A stretch of DNA of 64,000 nucleotides from Dimorphilus gyrociliatus (taxonomy: Eukaryota; Animalia; Annelida), in assembly GCA_904063045.1 (NCBI GenBank), contig CAJFCJ010000018.1, positions 868,001 through 932,000 on the forward strand, written 5' to 3'. Positions 12,801-28,788 of this stretch are shown in pieces (the first letter of the stretch is position 1; each line of letters starts with the position of its first letter). The notes under the pieces were generated by a model that did no database searches, had not been told where the DNA came from, and worked only from the letters and a program-made list of their open reading frames with translations. The position numbers were made by a program, and so were the translations under genes.

Positions 12801-14714
12801 ATAAGAACAAAATAAAACGTAACTTAATCTAGGATGAGGAAAATTTTCTTACTGATTTCTTTCAAAGTTAATCTGAAAACTATCAGTGATTTGTCATATA
12901 TTTTTAACGATTCTAAAGGTGATTTATAAGTCAGATTAATCTGTATTGGTTCATTATAATACTAATGATATACTGTAACAATAATTGATGACAACGAAAC
13001 AAGAACTCTTGTATAAAATTTACATAAGAAAAGTGTTTTTTCTATATTTTTTTTTAAACTATTCAAAAATTTTTGTTAGACAAAGAGAAGAAGAAGCTCG
13101 CAAGCAGGAATTACCAAAGTTGGATCCATATGTTGATAAATCACTTGTTCAGAAGTTGGCAAGTGACGTTGAATCCCTCGAAAAATTTTATGAATCTTTA
13201 GAAACTCCGACGTTAAGTGGATCGACTGTTTTAGATAGGGAATGGAAAGAGTTAATGGATAGTCAAGAACGAACAGCTAAAGAATTTAAAATGGCTGTAG
13301 CAAGATGCTATCCATTGAAAAATCGTTTTCAAGACATTATGCCATGTAAGCGATTGTAATAAAAATTGATTAGATTGTCTAAAAGTAATTTTTCATCTTC
13401 AGACGATGAGACAAGATTCGTTATCAAAAACGCTCTGGACGATTACATAAATGCGAGTAATCTGGGAGCCATAGGTATTGGATGCCCTAGAATTGTAGCA
13501 ACTCAAGCACCACTTAATGCTACTATTAAGGATTTCTGGACAATGGTACTAGAATGTGGATGCGAGGTTATCGTTCAATTGAACACTAACGGAATAGAAA
13601 GTGGTCAAAAAAATCCCTTATATTTACCTGAATCAAAAGGTCAAAAAATAAACTTTGGCTCAATTCTAATAACTGTTCATGCTGTGGTAATATATTTAAT
13701 TTGCTTCTATATTATCTATACTCGAGACTACAAACTTCTTTGTTTATTTTATAGGCTGAAATGGAAAATGCAACGTGGGTTCGAAGAGTATTGAATGTTT
13801 GTAATACAGAAACGAGACAAAGCCTTTCTATCACTCATTTTCATTTTACTAACTGGCCGGCAGGTGGCCAGCCATCTTCTAGCTCCTCTCTTATAAACTT
13901 TATTCAAAATGTTCACGAGTTCTACATGCAGCAAAGGAGCCTCCTAAAGCCTATAATTGTTCATTGTAGTACAGGATGCGGTCGAACTGGAGTTTTTTGT
14001 ACTATCTACTCAGCAATTATACAATTAAATAAGGGCAATGGGTTGTTGAATGTTAACGAATTTGTAACTAATTTAAGATCAAAGAGGAAGTATATGGTTG
14101 AAAAGAGGGAACATTTGAAGTTTATTTACAAAGTAATCTTGGAATTTTCAACGGACATTTTAAAAAAGAGTACGTTTGAAAATATATAATTTCTTCCATT
14201 TATTATCTTCCTTTTTGATAAATTTTTTCCAGATGGAATACTGTTACATCATTCCTTTAAGAAGTTATCAGCTGCGAATGCTAGATGCCCATCAAAATCA
14301 TTGGATGAAACAATTGAAACGGCTATCGGTCAATCAACTTCGCAATTTATTCCTCAACAGCCGACTGCAACCCTAGTAGAAACTGTGACACAAACAAAAA
14401 GTCAATCAACTCCAGGACAGATGACTGAAAATTTTGAAAATAAAAATGGTGAAACAACTGTAACCAACCCTCAACCGGAAAACAATACAATGAAAACAAC
14501 GTTTGCAACAGCTTCAACACAACCAGCAGAATTTAACAAGCTAACAGATTTGGAAAATCCAGATAATTTCTCATTGAACAGTCAAAATCAGAAGAGAATA
14601 ACAAAAAAGAATTTTATTTCCTCTAAAGGAACTTTAAACGAACCTGCCCATTCTAACCCTGAGGATCCGTTAAATTCATTAGATCCTTTATGGACTCTGA
14701 AAGGCTCTAAGTGA
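6885..14714 (+). CDS. PTPN23: HD-PTP / PTPN23 (Bro1-V-proline-rich-PTP pseudophosphatase), multi-exon
   Basis: Starts MEAVPRLPM; Bro1 motifs (FEQACILYNIG, AQAQECILEKS); large P/Q-rich exon ~10042-12718; PTP domain (KNRFQD, DDYINAS, ATQAPL, HCSTGCGRTG); ends DPLNSLDPLWTLKGSK*. Confidence 0.95.
11124..11530 (+). repeat. Coding tandem repeat, ~36-nt period (QPQPTQPHQQQL-like), ~11 copies
   Basis: Repeated cagccc-agccaacgcagccccatcagcaacaactt units within the large PTPN23 exon. Confidence 0.9.
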
Positions 14715-15119
14715 ATAAACACTGATTTACTCATGTATAACTATAGTCAATAATATATATATATATATATATACATTTATGTATTTTTAAATAGAAATTT
14801 ATTCGTTTTAACAATTTTTTAAGGCTTTTAAATATATGAATAATAAAAGCAGCTTAATTACATTCGATAAACTAAATAATCCTGAATCAACGAAAAGGCT
14901 AAAAGCAGTCGATTTGTTTTTGCAGCCATTTCGCATATGGACAATCTGATGCCGCATTAATGTTTTAAAAAAAATATAGGCCTTTACAGACAATATTGAC
15001 AGAAGAGCAACAAAGCATGAAACCTATTCAAAAGTAACACCTGTTTACAGAAACGATTGTTATGGGCACAAATGTATAAAATCGTATTTAAAAAATCATC
15101 TAAATTATTATTTCTGAAT

Positions 15120-16827
15120 ATGACTTGGTGTAGATCAATCCGTTTTTTAATTGTTCTTATGGGATCACTAGCTATCTTCAATCTTCATGTTAGCAGGAAT
15201 ATACTCAGCTTCACAATAGTTTATATGGTTCGAGAGAAAGTAAGCAACATTCATGAAGGACTTTCTTGTTCAAATCAGACTAGTTTCAACGGCACGAACT
15301 ATAGAGGAGAGTTTGATTGGCCAAAGAATATTCAAGGATTAGTAATGGGATCATTTTTCTGGGGATATTGCATACTTCAATTTCCAAGCGGAATTATTGC
15401 TTCAAAATATGGTAGTCGTAATGTTATGGGAATACCTTTGTTCATAACATCAATTCTTACTTTATTCATTCCTGTTCTCACAAGAGCTTATGGCTACAAG
15501 ATACTTATTAGTCTAAGATTCTTCATAGGACTCCTCCTTGGCGTAACTCATCCGGCTGTGCAAGCTCTGTTCGGATATTGGGTTCTGCCTGATGAAAGAT
15601 CAAAATCAATCGGTATTAGCTATTCGTTTGCGGCATTGGGAAATTTATTGACTGTCGCAGTTGCTGCACCGCTCTGTCAGGTCAGCTACGACAATGGATG
15701 GCCTTTAGTATATTATGTTTACGGTTTGAAAGAAATATTTTTAACCTAAGGTACAAATTAGTGTACTCTATTCCATTAGGCTTTTTTGGAATGTTTATTT
15801 CGTGTCTTTGGGTATGCCTGGTTACCGATACACCGAATAATAACAAATTCATATCAATTGAAGAAATTGAATATATTAAGATAAGACTTGAAGGCCAAGT
15901 TGATGACAGCAAAATTAGAAAAGTTCTTTTTAAATAATTCAATTTGCAAACATATTTTACTTTTATTCAAATGATCTATTTTAGATACTTATTGTGCCAT
16001 GGAAATCTATACTTTCTTCCTTTCCATTCTGGGCGATATTAATACTAATAGTCTCCTCTGATTGGGTCAAATATCTTTTTGAGCTTACTATACCAACCTT
16101 TCTTGCCAACGAAACCAACCTCGATACACTTGCGGTTTGTTAAGACAGCTTTTATACGTAAACATTTTAATTCTATTTCATATTAGCACAGCGTTGTTTC
16201 GTCCCTACCCTTTGTATCAGAGTTTATAATTGTCTTAGTATTCTCCTTCTTGGGAGACTTGCTAGGATCAGAAATTAGCACAACGAGTTCCAGAAAACTT
16301 ATCAGTGGATCAGGTTTTCTTTTTAAAAATTAACGCCTTTTTGCAGAGACACATTATTTGCTTTTGTCTTTCAAAGGTTTATTCATCTCTGCGGCAACAT
16401 GTATTGGTATAACTTTCATTACATGCACTACTCCAAACTACGTAATCGGATTTATTATAATCGGTGCTGGTTCGATTGGGTTAGGAGTCAGTACAAATTT
16501 CATCAATGCAGTAGATATTGCTCCTTCATACGCCGGAGTTATTTCGGGTATAACTAACACAATCAGCACTCTTGTTGCAGGACTTGGAATGCCTCTGCTA
16601 GTAGGATATGAGACGGTTGGATATATCACTAAATTCTATTTTAAGTTTTGTATAAACACGATTATTTTCAGGCATCTTTGGAAGAATGGAAAATTATCTT
16701 TTTTCTTGGAGCGTCTATCGCCTTATTCGGAATGATTTTTTACTGTATATTTTCCAAAGCTACTATACAAGAGTGGGCGAAAAAGTCTTGTGAAGCTAAT
16801 GAAACGACAGCCTTAACACCGAAATGA
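15120..16827 (+). CDS. SLC17/sialin-like MFS anion transporter
   Basis: EFDWPKNIQGLVMGSFFWGY, LRFFIGLLLGVTHPAV, WVLPDERS, GWPLVYY, DIAPSYAGVISGITNT across spliced exons; start codon uncertain. Confidence 0.85.
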
Positions 16828-17007
16828 CTACAACCCACCTTAATGATTGCTTTAGATATTGTCAAATGCAATACTCTCACGTTGTCAATTGAAATACCAA
16901 CAAACACAAGTTTTACATAATTATTACTGTTTATTCGAATGAAGTTATCAGGATACGAAAATAAACAAGAAGTATCAAGGTTTATTTGAATTCTTTTTCT
17001 ATTAAAG

Positions 17008-19495
<2,488 letters not shown>

Positions 19496-19892
19496 TTTTT
19501 TATATATTTTATTTTGGTTCACCTCCCCAACAAAGAATTAAATGAATTTTTACGTCTTGCTCAAATCTTACACCACATGCACTACTTCGTCAAAGGTCAA
19601 GGCTAGTTCTATGAAAACTGGTAAAATTATAGTTGGTTCAGAAATAATTTACCAACTGTCAAAACTGAATTGTAGTTGATTTTTGTTCTTACTTGGAATT
19701 AAAAACACGATTAGACATTTGTTTTCAACTTTTTGAATTGAATATTATTATTAGAACTTTTGAAAAGTAACACTATTTCAACAACCAACCAGTTTATACT
19801 GCTACTGGTAAAATATGCGACAGCTATAAACATCGCAAAAAAGATTTTTGCTAGGAAATTACAAAAAAACGTATAGTATTTAGGAAGTAGCG

Positions 19893-20725
19893 ATGGCTTT
19901 CTGTCTGAGTTCGAAAAAGTCAACAAGATTATTGTTACTGTTTTGCCGCAATACCGCTTATAGCCATCCTCTTGGAACATCCCATCGCCATCTATATAGA
20001 ATACAAATACCCAAACCAAATTTCGAAATGTTCATAAAACCTAAAAAACAAACCTTAAAAGCTAAAACTTTGGAGTATTCAGAACGTAAAACTCTTGAGT
20101 AAGTATTAACTAATTGATTGTTCATTAAATGTGTACTAATATTTTTAAAAAATCCTTGAACCAGTTATTCAATGGAACAGCTATACAGCGTTGTGGCTGA
20201 TGTTGAAAATTATAAACATTTTGTTCCTTGGTGCTCAGAATCTAAAATAACTAAACGATCGGGCAACTCTTACAAATGCTTACTATCTGTCGGCTTTTAT
20301 CCATTGAGGGAAAGATACACATCAATTGTAACTGTTGCAGAGCCCCACTTAGTCAAGGTTAGCTTTACTTTTTGCTAAATAATTACAGATTACCTTACTA
20401 TATGATGTTTTTTTTTGCTTAAACAGTCAGAATGTACTGATGGTAAATTGTTCAATCATCTATTAACAATATGGCGATTTACACCATATCCAAATGAAGA
20501 GAATAAGTGCATTTTAGATTTTTGGGTAACTATATATTTTATGAGTCATTAATCCTTAAATTATTAATTATTTATAAACAGGTTACATTTGAATTTCGTA
20601 ATAACATACACTCAAACTTGGCTTATTTATTTTTCGATGAAGTTGTTAAGAAAATGGTAAAAGCTTTTACAAATAGAGCAGAAATGTTATATTCTTCAAA
20701 ATCAAACAAACAAACGATAAATTAA
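19893..20725 (+). CDS. COQ10: Coenzyme Q-binding protein COQ10 (START domain)
   Basis: Mitochondrial-type leader, then YSERKTL..YSMEQLYSVVADVENYKHFVPWC, LSVGFYPLRERYTS, LFNHLLTIWRF, FDEVVKKMVKAF. Confidence 0.92.
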
Positions 20726-21369
20726 CTATTATCATTGACTGAAACAATTCAAATAAGAAGAAAATTAAAGAGAAATTAGGAAGTTCTAGAGTTTACGTTA
20801 CGTAATATTTATGTAGCAATATTTTGTTATATGTTTGGAATTTAATAAAGGGTCACCTCGGATTATAAGAAAAATATTTATATGTTGTAATATATAATCT
20901 ATATAATAATAGTGAAGCTGATAACTAAGTGATATATCAGTATCTTTATCTTTCATATAGAAGATTACGTTTTTCAGTAAATATTGTTTAAAAATGCTCA
21001 ATCTATATCATAGGTCAAACGACATGTATTCGAAAACTTTTCTTACATCCTCGCTGTCCACAGAATCGTTACTTGCTCCGTTTCTAACGGTAATACATCA
21101 GTTTATTAAAGGAACACGAACCTTGCTGTTCAACCTTGGCATTTCTCGTTCATAAGGAGTTTTATTTTGCAGCATCCCACTTTTTTGTAATTTTTATCAA
21201 GTGAGAACAGTTGATTGATTTTTTTTGTAAATCTGATAGAAATAGATGATTAAAGATATCGATTAAAGTTTTCTCATTGGATAGATCGTAATTACTCAAA
21301 TAAGAGGCTGATTTAGTTTTTGAATAAGTTACTTAATGATATTTCTTATAAAATTTATTTCAGGCAAAT

Positions 21370-22841
21370 ATGTGGATATGGGAAAATTCTGATTGGCTTT
21401 ACAAAGGTGTCAATAATACAATAGCTGGAAATGGTGGAATAGAATGCATCAACTTTATTCCACATCGGCAGAAAGTTATTGAAACGTGTATTGTAACGGT
21501 TTTAAGTTTGGGAGAATTATTATATGCTTGCAAGAATGTGTCCCTACCCAAACATATTCCACCGGTCACGAAACCGGATTCAGCAGCCAAACGACTTATG
21601 TTAGTTTGTATGTGCGTTGTTTTCGGTATGGAGTTAGGTTTCAAGTTTGCTACCAGACAAATGCTTTGGATTTTAAATCCTTGTCACTTAATTACAATGT
21701 CTCAAATCTGGCTACTAGCTGCACCACAAAATAGGATATCAATGGCTATATTCCGGTATGTCTATACATATAATTATCAGCACTTAATTTATACTTTTAA
21801 AAGGAGCGAGTACGAGTAGTTCTCTTTCCAATAATCTTTGTAATAATAGTAATTAAAACAATGGAGAGAGAGAGAGAGAGTCCTAACATTAACTTGCTCT
21901 TCATCCCACATTAAAAAGAATTGTTTATTCCTAAAAGTGATAACATAAAATAGTAATTGAATCACACAGCGTAACAAATACTATAAACGAAATGAATAGA
22001 GTTTAATTGACACCTCTCTTTCTATTTCCTTTTTACACAGACTTCATATGCATGGTTTAAGTGGAGCGCTCATAGCCTTTTTATTTCCCCTTGTTGATTC
22101 AAGAATGGTAATTATGTGCTATTAATAAGATAATTCTAATAGATAAATATATCAGCCATTTAACGACATTATGTAATTGATACAACCAAAAAGTGATGTT
22201 ATCTATTAATATTATTCCAAAAATTATATTACGTAAATTTATTAATATTAATTAGTGATTGAACTATAATTATTTATATTTATATTGATAATTAAAAAAT
22301 CTTATGAATATTTAAATTAACAGCTTCCCTTCGAAAAGGAGGTTTATTATATTCAACATGGATTGATGCTTCTGGTTCCATTTTATCTTATGAGAACAGG
22401 AGGTAACTTGCTTATGTAATAAATAATATTCTTTATCTTATCTTTAATTAAATACAAATAGGCATTTATATGCCGGAGCCGCTATCTGACTTCTCGTGGG
22501 CTTTTGGCACAAAAAGCTTTCTCTACCTATATCACTGGTTATTGATGCAACCTCTATCAATTGTAAACATTCCTTTAAGTTTATAAGAATGATAAAGATT
22601 TTACTTTCTTTTTTTTTTTCAGGTATCTCTTGTAAATTTAAATAATCTAATGTGTCCAGCTCCTAGCGATCCGTTTTACGGTAAAGGTTACAGAATGTGT
22701 GCTGTTCTCCATCAGACAGCTGTTGTTCTTCTCCATGGCAAAATTTATACTTTCGTAGCTAAGAAATTATTGCCCAAAGCAGCCAAACAAGTCAATTTAG
22801 ATTCCCATAATGGCAATAACAATAACACTAAGACTGATTGA
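21370..22841 (+). CDS. TMEM164: Transmembrane protein 164
   Basis: WLYKGVNNTIAGNGGIECINF, GMELGFKFATRQMLWILNPCHL, RLHMHGLSGALIAFLFP, NLNNLMCPAPSDPFYGKGYR. Confidence 0.92.
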
Positions 22842-23610
22842 TTAAAAATCGCATCATAAATGACCAATAAGAATCCTATTATTAACTAACTCAAATATAT
22901 AAATCAATAATTGTCTTAGCTCTTTATATTCCATTTCAACAATATATGTTAATGAAAAAAGTAGTAGTCTCAATCTCTTTAGACAATTTTTTCTTTTAAT
23001 TGTGATCTAGTCTAACAACTTTTAAAGTCTATTTGCTTATACATTCAATAATCCAATATACAAAATTGATGAAATATAGGTTTAATATGCTGTATACATA
23101 TATACTATATATTTAGTACTGTGTTTAACGGTTCAAACGATGTAAAGACTGTTGTTTTTTTAAAGATATATTTTTCCGTTATCGCTTTAAGCCATTCTAG
23201 TCTTTAGAGCATTTAATTTAGCTACAAACCAAAAACAAACACTGAGTTTGGTGAATTTTGATTATGACTGCTTAATATTGTTGATTTATGGCTAATATAA
23301 AATTAATAAATGATTTTCTATCGCAATCTATTGATACATTTATTCATTGTTTATAGTTCACACCCTGCAAAAATACCTAACTCATTTGTGGGTGATCTGT
23401 AAAGAGATATCTAAATCTGCATTTATTTTTTAGCATAGAATGTAAGTGATTATCCGCTTGAAGTGGAAAAATTATTTCTTTTTTTAATAAAAAAAAGACA
23501 CTCTAATTTCATCTCTTTAAATCTTTATCTCTCTTTATAAAGTATATTGCTTAAATAATATAAATTCTGTAAATTGTATATTATATTAATATATAGATTG
23601 CTCTTATAAT

Positions 23611-25324
23611 CTACTTTTTTCGACGTCTTCTACTGGCAGCAGCAGACTTTCCCTCTATTTTCATAGCCTTTGGCCTTAGATAATTAAATCCTGCATACTT
23701 TTCTTCACTTTTAGGTAATATTTTGCTTATGATTCCTGTTAAGGCTGTAATTGTCCCTTCCCTGATGAAGAATCTTTGGCCAGGCTAAAGAACAAGTTAA
23801 AATGTTATAGCTGTGATGAAAAAAAACGGCATAACAATCTTTACTTTACCTCTAAAACCATCGGTAATCTGAGTATCATCTTACAGAGAGCAGTATCGCC
23901 CGGCATAATCATTGGAACATTTTCGGCCAATTTGACCATGCAAGCAATATCCCAATTTTCCATATATATTTGATTGACATAATTGTTCATTAAAGGTACC
24001 TTTCTTCCACCTTCCTCTTTTGTTTGTACATATATTTGAGCTTCAAAAGTATCTGTTTGAGAAAGAGAATCATCTTGGGAGAGAAACATTCCTCTTTGTA
24101 CTATATCTTTCCTGAGACCTCTCAACAGAACGCCAACATTTTCCCCAGCAGTTGCTTTTGACACAGACTGATGAAAGACTTGAATGTCTGAGGCTATAGT
24201 TTTTATATCCACTCCTCGTCCCATCAGTCTAACTTCTTGTGATTTTTTCAAATTTCCTTTTGATATAGTTCCAATCGCAACTGTTCCCCTTCCCGGTACA
24301 GTTACAGCCTTTTCAATAGGTAGACGAAAGGGGCCTTTAGTGTCTCTTGTAGGAATTTTACATCTATCCAGGGCATCAATCAATTTCATAATCGATTTTG
24401 TCCCCCATTCAGAATCTTTTTCGTTAAGAACATCAAGAGCCGAACCAGGAATAATTGGTATAGCTTCACTGTCATATCCAAAATTATCAAGCAATTCTCT
24501 AACTTCTAATTCAACTAACTCAAGAGTATCTTCATCCACAATATCAACTTTATTTAAATAAACAATGATGTTTTTTATACCTAAAAGCATATAAAAGAAA
24601 AACGATATAGTTCTTGTGAAAAATAAGCACAATGATTCTCACCTATTTGCTTTGCCAGCAAAATATGTTCTGTTGTTTGTGGCATAACTCCTTCAGACGC
24701 TGCTACAACAAGAACAGCTACATCCATTTGAGCAGCACCAGTTATCATATTTTTTATATAATCTATATGACCAGGACAATCTGTATGAGCATAATGCCGA
24801 CCAGAACTATAATAATCTACATGACATGCATTTATCGTTATTCCTCTTGCTCTTTCCTCTTCAGCTCGATCAATTTCATCATACTTCATAAATTTCGTTT
24901 TTCCGTTACCCGAAAAAACTTTAGTTATGGCGGAAGTTAACATTGTTTTGCCATGATCTATATGTCCTATTGTCCCAACATTCAAATGCTCCAGTTCTGT
25001 TTAGAGGGTAGACATGCTTACAAAATAGTTGCATATAACTCACACGAGTTATTCTTAAATCTAGTTGGCAATATTTAATTCTATAACTCTTTGAAATATT
25101 TATAAAGATTAAATTAAATTAATGAAGTCTTAATCTACATTTCTTAAGCTTTAAAGTATGTAATTTTGTTTACTTGCATTATCGCTCATATATCTGATAG
25201 AGCTTGAGCTAATCTTTTTTGAACATTGCGCAAAACTACTCGAAAATGTTATAATATTATCCAAAAGTTTTCTCTGTGTGATTATCGCTTTGTTTAAATA
25301 CTGGAGTTTCCGAAAAATTAACAT
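23611..25324 (-). CDS. TUFM: Mitochondrial elongation factor Tu, divergent (EF-Tu2-like) with basic C-terminal extension
   Basis: Exon 1 25324-25174 (basic, Ser-rich presequence [10 protein letters not shown]...) splices in phase to 24996 ([36 protein letters not shown]); ends GQRFFIREG...ASRRRRKK*. Confidence 0.92.
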
Positions 25325-26151
25325 TGTGTACTACAAAGCGGCATGGAAAAGTCATAAATATAATCTTTTAAAAGTAAAGGACATAGAACGCATTTAGCGC
25401 CATCTTTCCTTTTTATGCAACAAACTTTAACAACACTTAATAAAAGTTAAATAATATAACATACTGAAACATAAAAGAACCCTGAAACTAAGAATCGATA
25501 AAACTAATTTGCTTACGAGTTTTTAAAAGGAGAATATGCTTCTTTGGTGAAGTCCTCTTGAATCTTTAAAGTGTTAACGCAAATAATCCATTAAATTTAT
25601 ATATAACAATTAAAAAAATTAAATTAATTTAGATAGTTCAAAGAATTTTTCTCATAATTTAATCTGCTAAACAAAAATCACTAAATTGAACTTGTTGTGC
25701 TCCTCATTGACTCTCTGCTGCTATATAAAGTGTAAGTAATCACCTTAATATTTAGATTTATTGCAATAGATAAATGCATATAGTGAGAGGCTATAGATTT
25801 AGCTGAAAATTTTGCGATCTAAGAAGTACTTTTTAGCCAATTTGAAATTGTTAAAATTCATCTGTATTTCAAAAACCAGGTGGCGCTTTGGTTCATATAT
25901 AATAGTGGTAAATGCCACATCCGATTAATCTCACTCTGAAAACCTCTTCTCGAGAGTGGCAAGGTGGTTGACTGTCACTTAAAAGAAGATTACAAACTGT
26001 TCTGATTTTTTCACAGATATATTCACGTGAATACGATCAGGCAATTTCATTTTAGGTATTTTCAGTTAATGTTTAAAAAACTACAATGAAATAATCGGCA
26101 GTCTGTATTTTCAGCAAATAATTCTTTTGAGTAGACTATTTCGCGCCAAAA

Positions 26152-27963
26152 ATGAAAGGTATTGCATTACTTTTTTCATATTATATTTATTCTGCTTGGG
26201 AAGAACTAAATTTTATTTATGAATTTCATTGGCCTAAGATGCTATATCTAAAAACCAAATGTTTCATGAATAGAAGGACAACCCAAGGAAAATTTTATGA
26301 GCGATAATTAAAGATAAAATTATTATTATGTTTAAGGCACAACATCAGAAAAGTTTCAAGGCTATAAATCAGATGCCAATGAGGCCATTCGTTTTAAACT
26401 AGGTTTACAAATTTTTTCAACTCTGCCTTGTATAAAGTAATGAAATAATGAAATTATCAAAACAGTTCGAACAGAAAAGGATATTGACAGTGATGATTAT
26501 TTTCATCCCGATATGACCCACCAGCTCTTTGGAGAAAAAGAGACAATTTTCGGATATAAGGATCTCAAAATTGATATATTTTGTACAGCTGCCAATCTCT
26601 ACACTTACATTCGGGTTAAATACTCTGAAAAGATTGATCCAGCTAAAGCTGACGGAGTCGAGGTTCGAAAAATTCTGATATTCTCTTCCCTAAGCTTATC
26701 AAGTCTTTCTAGGCTGACAACGTGCTTAAGATGCTGTCTCAAGAGTACACGGACGGTTTAATAACGAACGTCGATGATTTTTCAATGAAATTGATGAAGG
26801 ATGAAAATTTTAAACCTTTTGGAAAGAAGATACACTCTTACACTAGGTTGCATGAGAGCAAGGAGAAGACGTTCTCAATTTATCAGTCTTCGATAGAAGA
26901 TGATGGATTTCGGTCATTTCATTCAAGAATGCAACCTTTTTTGCTCTTTTTCGTTGATGCTGGAAGTTACATCGATACTGATGATGAAAAATGGAATTAT
27001 TACGTCTTGTAACTATGACAAACTGCTTTTATATAGTTTCAATATCATTCTATGATTAATATTTTCATGTACATAGATACGAAGAGTATAAGAGTGCTGA
27101 AGGGAAACTTTTATATGCTTTTGTTGGCTACATGACAATTTACAATTATTACGCTTATCCAGAGCACATACGGCCTCGTATTAGGTAATGGCTATAATAT
27201 TTATATAGCATGTTGCTCATAAACTATGTTATTCTTTGATCTTTCTAGCCAAGTTATTGTCCTCCCACCTTATCAAAGAATGGGGCATTGTGTTCAGCTG
27301 GTTGAGACGTTCTATAATTTATCTTCTGGTGACAAAATGATCAAAGATATAACGGGTATTATATTTATCGTAGAGTCAAAACATTTAACCTAAGAACTAT
27401 TCAAATTTTAGTTGAAGATCCCTCGGAAAACTTTCAAAGGGTTAGAGATTTTATTGACGCCCGCAACTGCGAGAAACTTGAATCTTACCAACCTTGCTTT
27501 TTAAAAGCTTGTTTTACTGAAGACATGTACGAAGAGGCTAATAAGAAATTCAAACTATGCAGAGTATGTGGCTTCTAGGTTAATTCTAACATCTGGGTTT
27601 TATATTTAAAATTTTTACAGAGACAAGCTCGCAGGATCTATGAAATTCTCCGTCTAGCTTGCACTGATCGTGGAAATAAAGAAGAATATAAAGCATACAG
27701 ATTGGATATTAAAAAAAGGCTTTATGCGCCCTATCACGTAATTATCGTTGGATATCAAAATTATTTAATCTAATTCAATTTATTTCTTGTAGAAAAGCGT
27801 CCGCGATTTTGCAAAGCTTAAGAGGGCACTCTGTTACACTGAATTTGCTAATGCCTTGCATAATTCGACTAATGACCAAAAAAAAGAGTACCTATCCAAA
27901 GCTTACGAAGAGTTAGAGATTGAATATTTGAAGGTTATTAGCAGATTAGTCATTGGACAATAA
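26152..27963 (+). CDS. HAT1: Histone acetyltransferase type B catalytic subunit
   Basis: DANEAIRFKL, FHPDMTHQLFGEKETIFGYKDLKI, YIDTDDEKWNYY, YAYPEHIRPRISQVIVLPPYQRMGH, ITVEDPSENFQRVRDF. Confidence 0.95.
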
Positions 27964-28004
27964 GTTTTCATTTTGTGTATCAGGATATACTTATAGATAT
28001 ATAT

Positions 28005-28008
<4 letters not shown>

Positions 28009-28041
<33 letters not shown>
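28009..28041. repeat. (AT)n microsatellite between convergent HAT1 and ARPC3 3' ends
   Basis: About 16 uninterrupted AT units. Confidence 0.95.
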
Positions 28042-28042
<1 letters not shown>

Positions 28043-28254
28043 TATATTATTAGTACGTTAAATTCCTTTATATTTGTTTGTACTTATGCTACATTTGGGA
28101 ATCCGATATCGACCCTAATTCTTACTGAGCATCAACATAAGTCTGTAGGAATAGCGTCAATGTCGTATGTCGTTCGCTTTTATGTTTACGTTTTATAGTT
28201 GGATAAATGTATTCGGAAAAGAAAGCTTAAAATAAAAGCAGGCAATTACATCGT

Positions 28255-28788
28255 CTATTGTCCAGGAGCAGATAGAGAAACATCCATAAACTTTCTGCGG
28301 ACGAAACAAATCCACCATTTGCTGGGCTTTCCTGCGTCATTATCAAAAACTCTTTCGCAAACCCTAAGACCAGTTTCTTGTCTTAACTGAAGAAAGTAAG
28401 CTCTCATTGTATCAGCTTCATTCCTGTTAGCTGGAGCGCTGTAATAAGCATTTAGACAAAATCCTCTATCGCCAGGGCAAGGGAACTCTTTTAAGGCCAA
28501 AGTATGCATCTCCTTCATTCCTTCATTTTTACTGCCACATCTTTGTAACTTCTTCAGACATTCCGTAATATACAATGTAATGTAAATAAGAGTTCTATCC
28601 GAAGGGCTCTTTATTTCGTAGTTTTTGAAAAGTACATTAGCTTTAAAGTACTGTAGTGCCTCGTCTATTATATCTAATCCTTCGCCGCTCCACATTGGCG
28701 CTGGTCCTCGATGATTAGTTTTAACTGGTAGCAAAGCAACATTTCCGATCATATTAGAGGATTGAATTTGGGAATGATAGGCAGGCAT
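28255..28788 (-). CDS. ARPC3: Arp2/3 complex subunit 3 (p21-Arc), intronless CDS
   Basis: 177-aa ORF MPAYHS...[35 protein letters not shown]...[15 protein letters not shown]. Confidence 0.98.
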   Translation of the reverse strand: MPAYHSQIQSSNMIGNVALLPVKTNHRGPAPMWSGEGLDIIDEALQYFKANVLFKNYEIKSPSDRTLIYITLYITECLKKLQRCGSKNEGMKEMHTLALKEFPCPGDRGFCLNAYYSAPANRNEADTMRAYFLQLRQETGLRVCERVFDNDAGKPSKWWICFVRRKFMDVSLSAPGQ

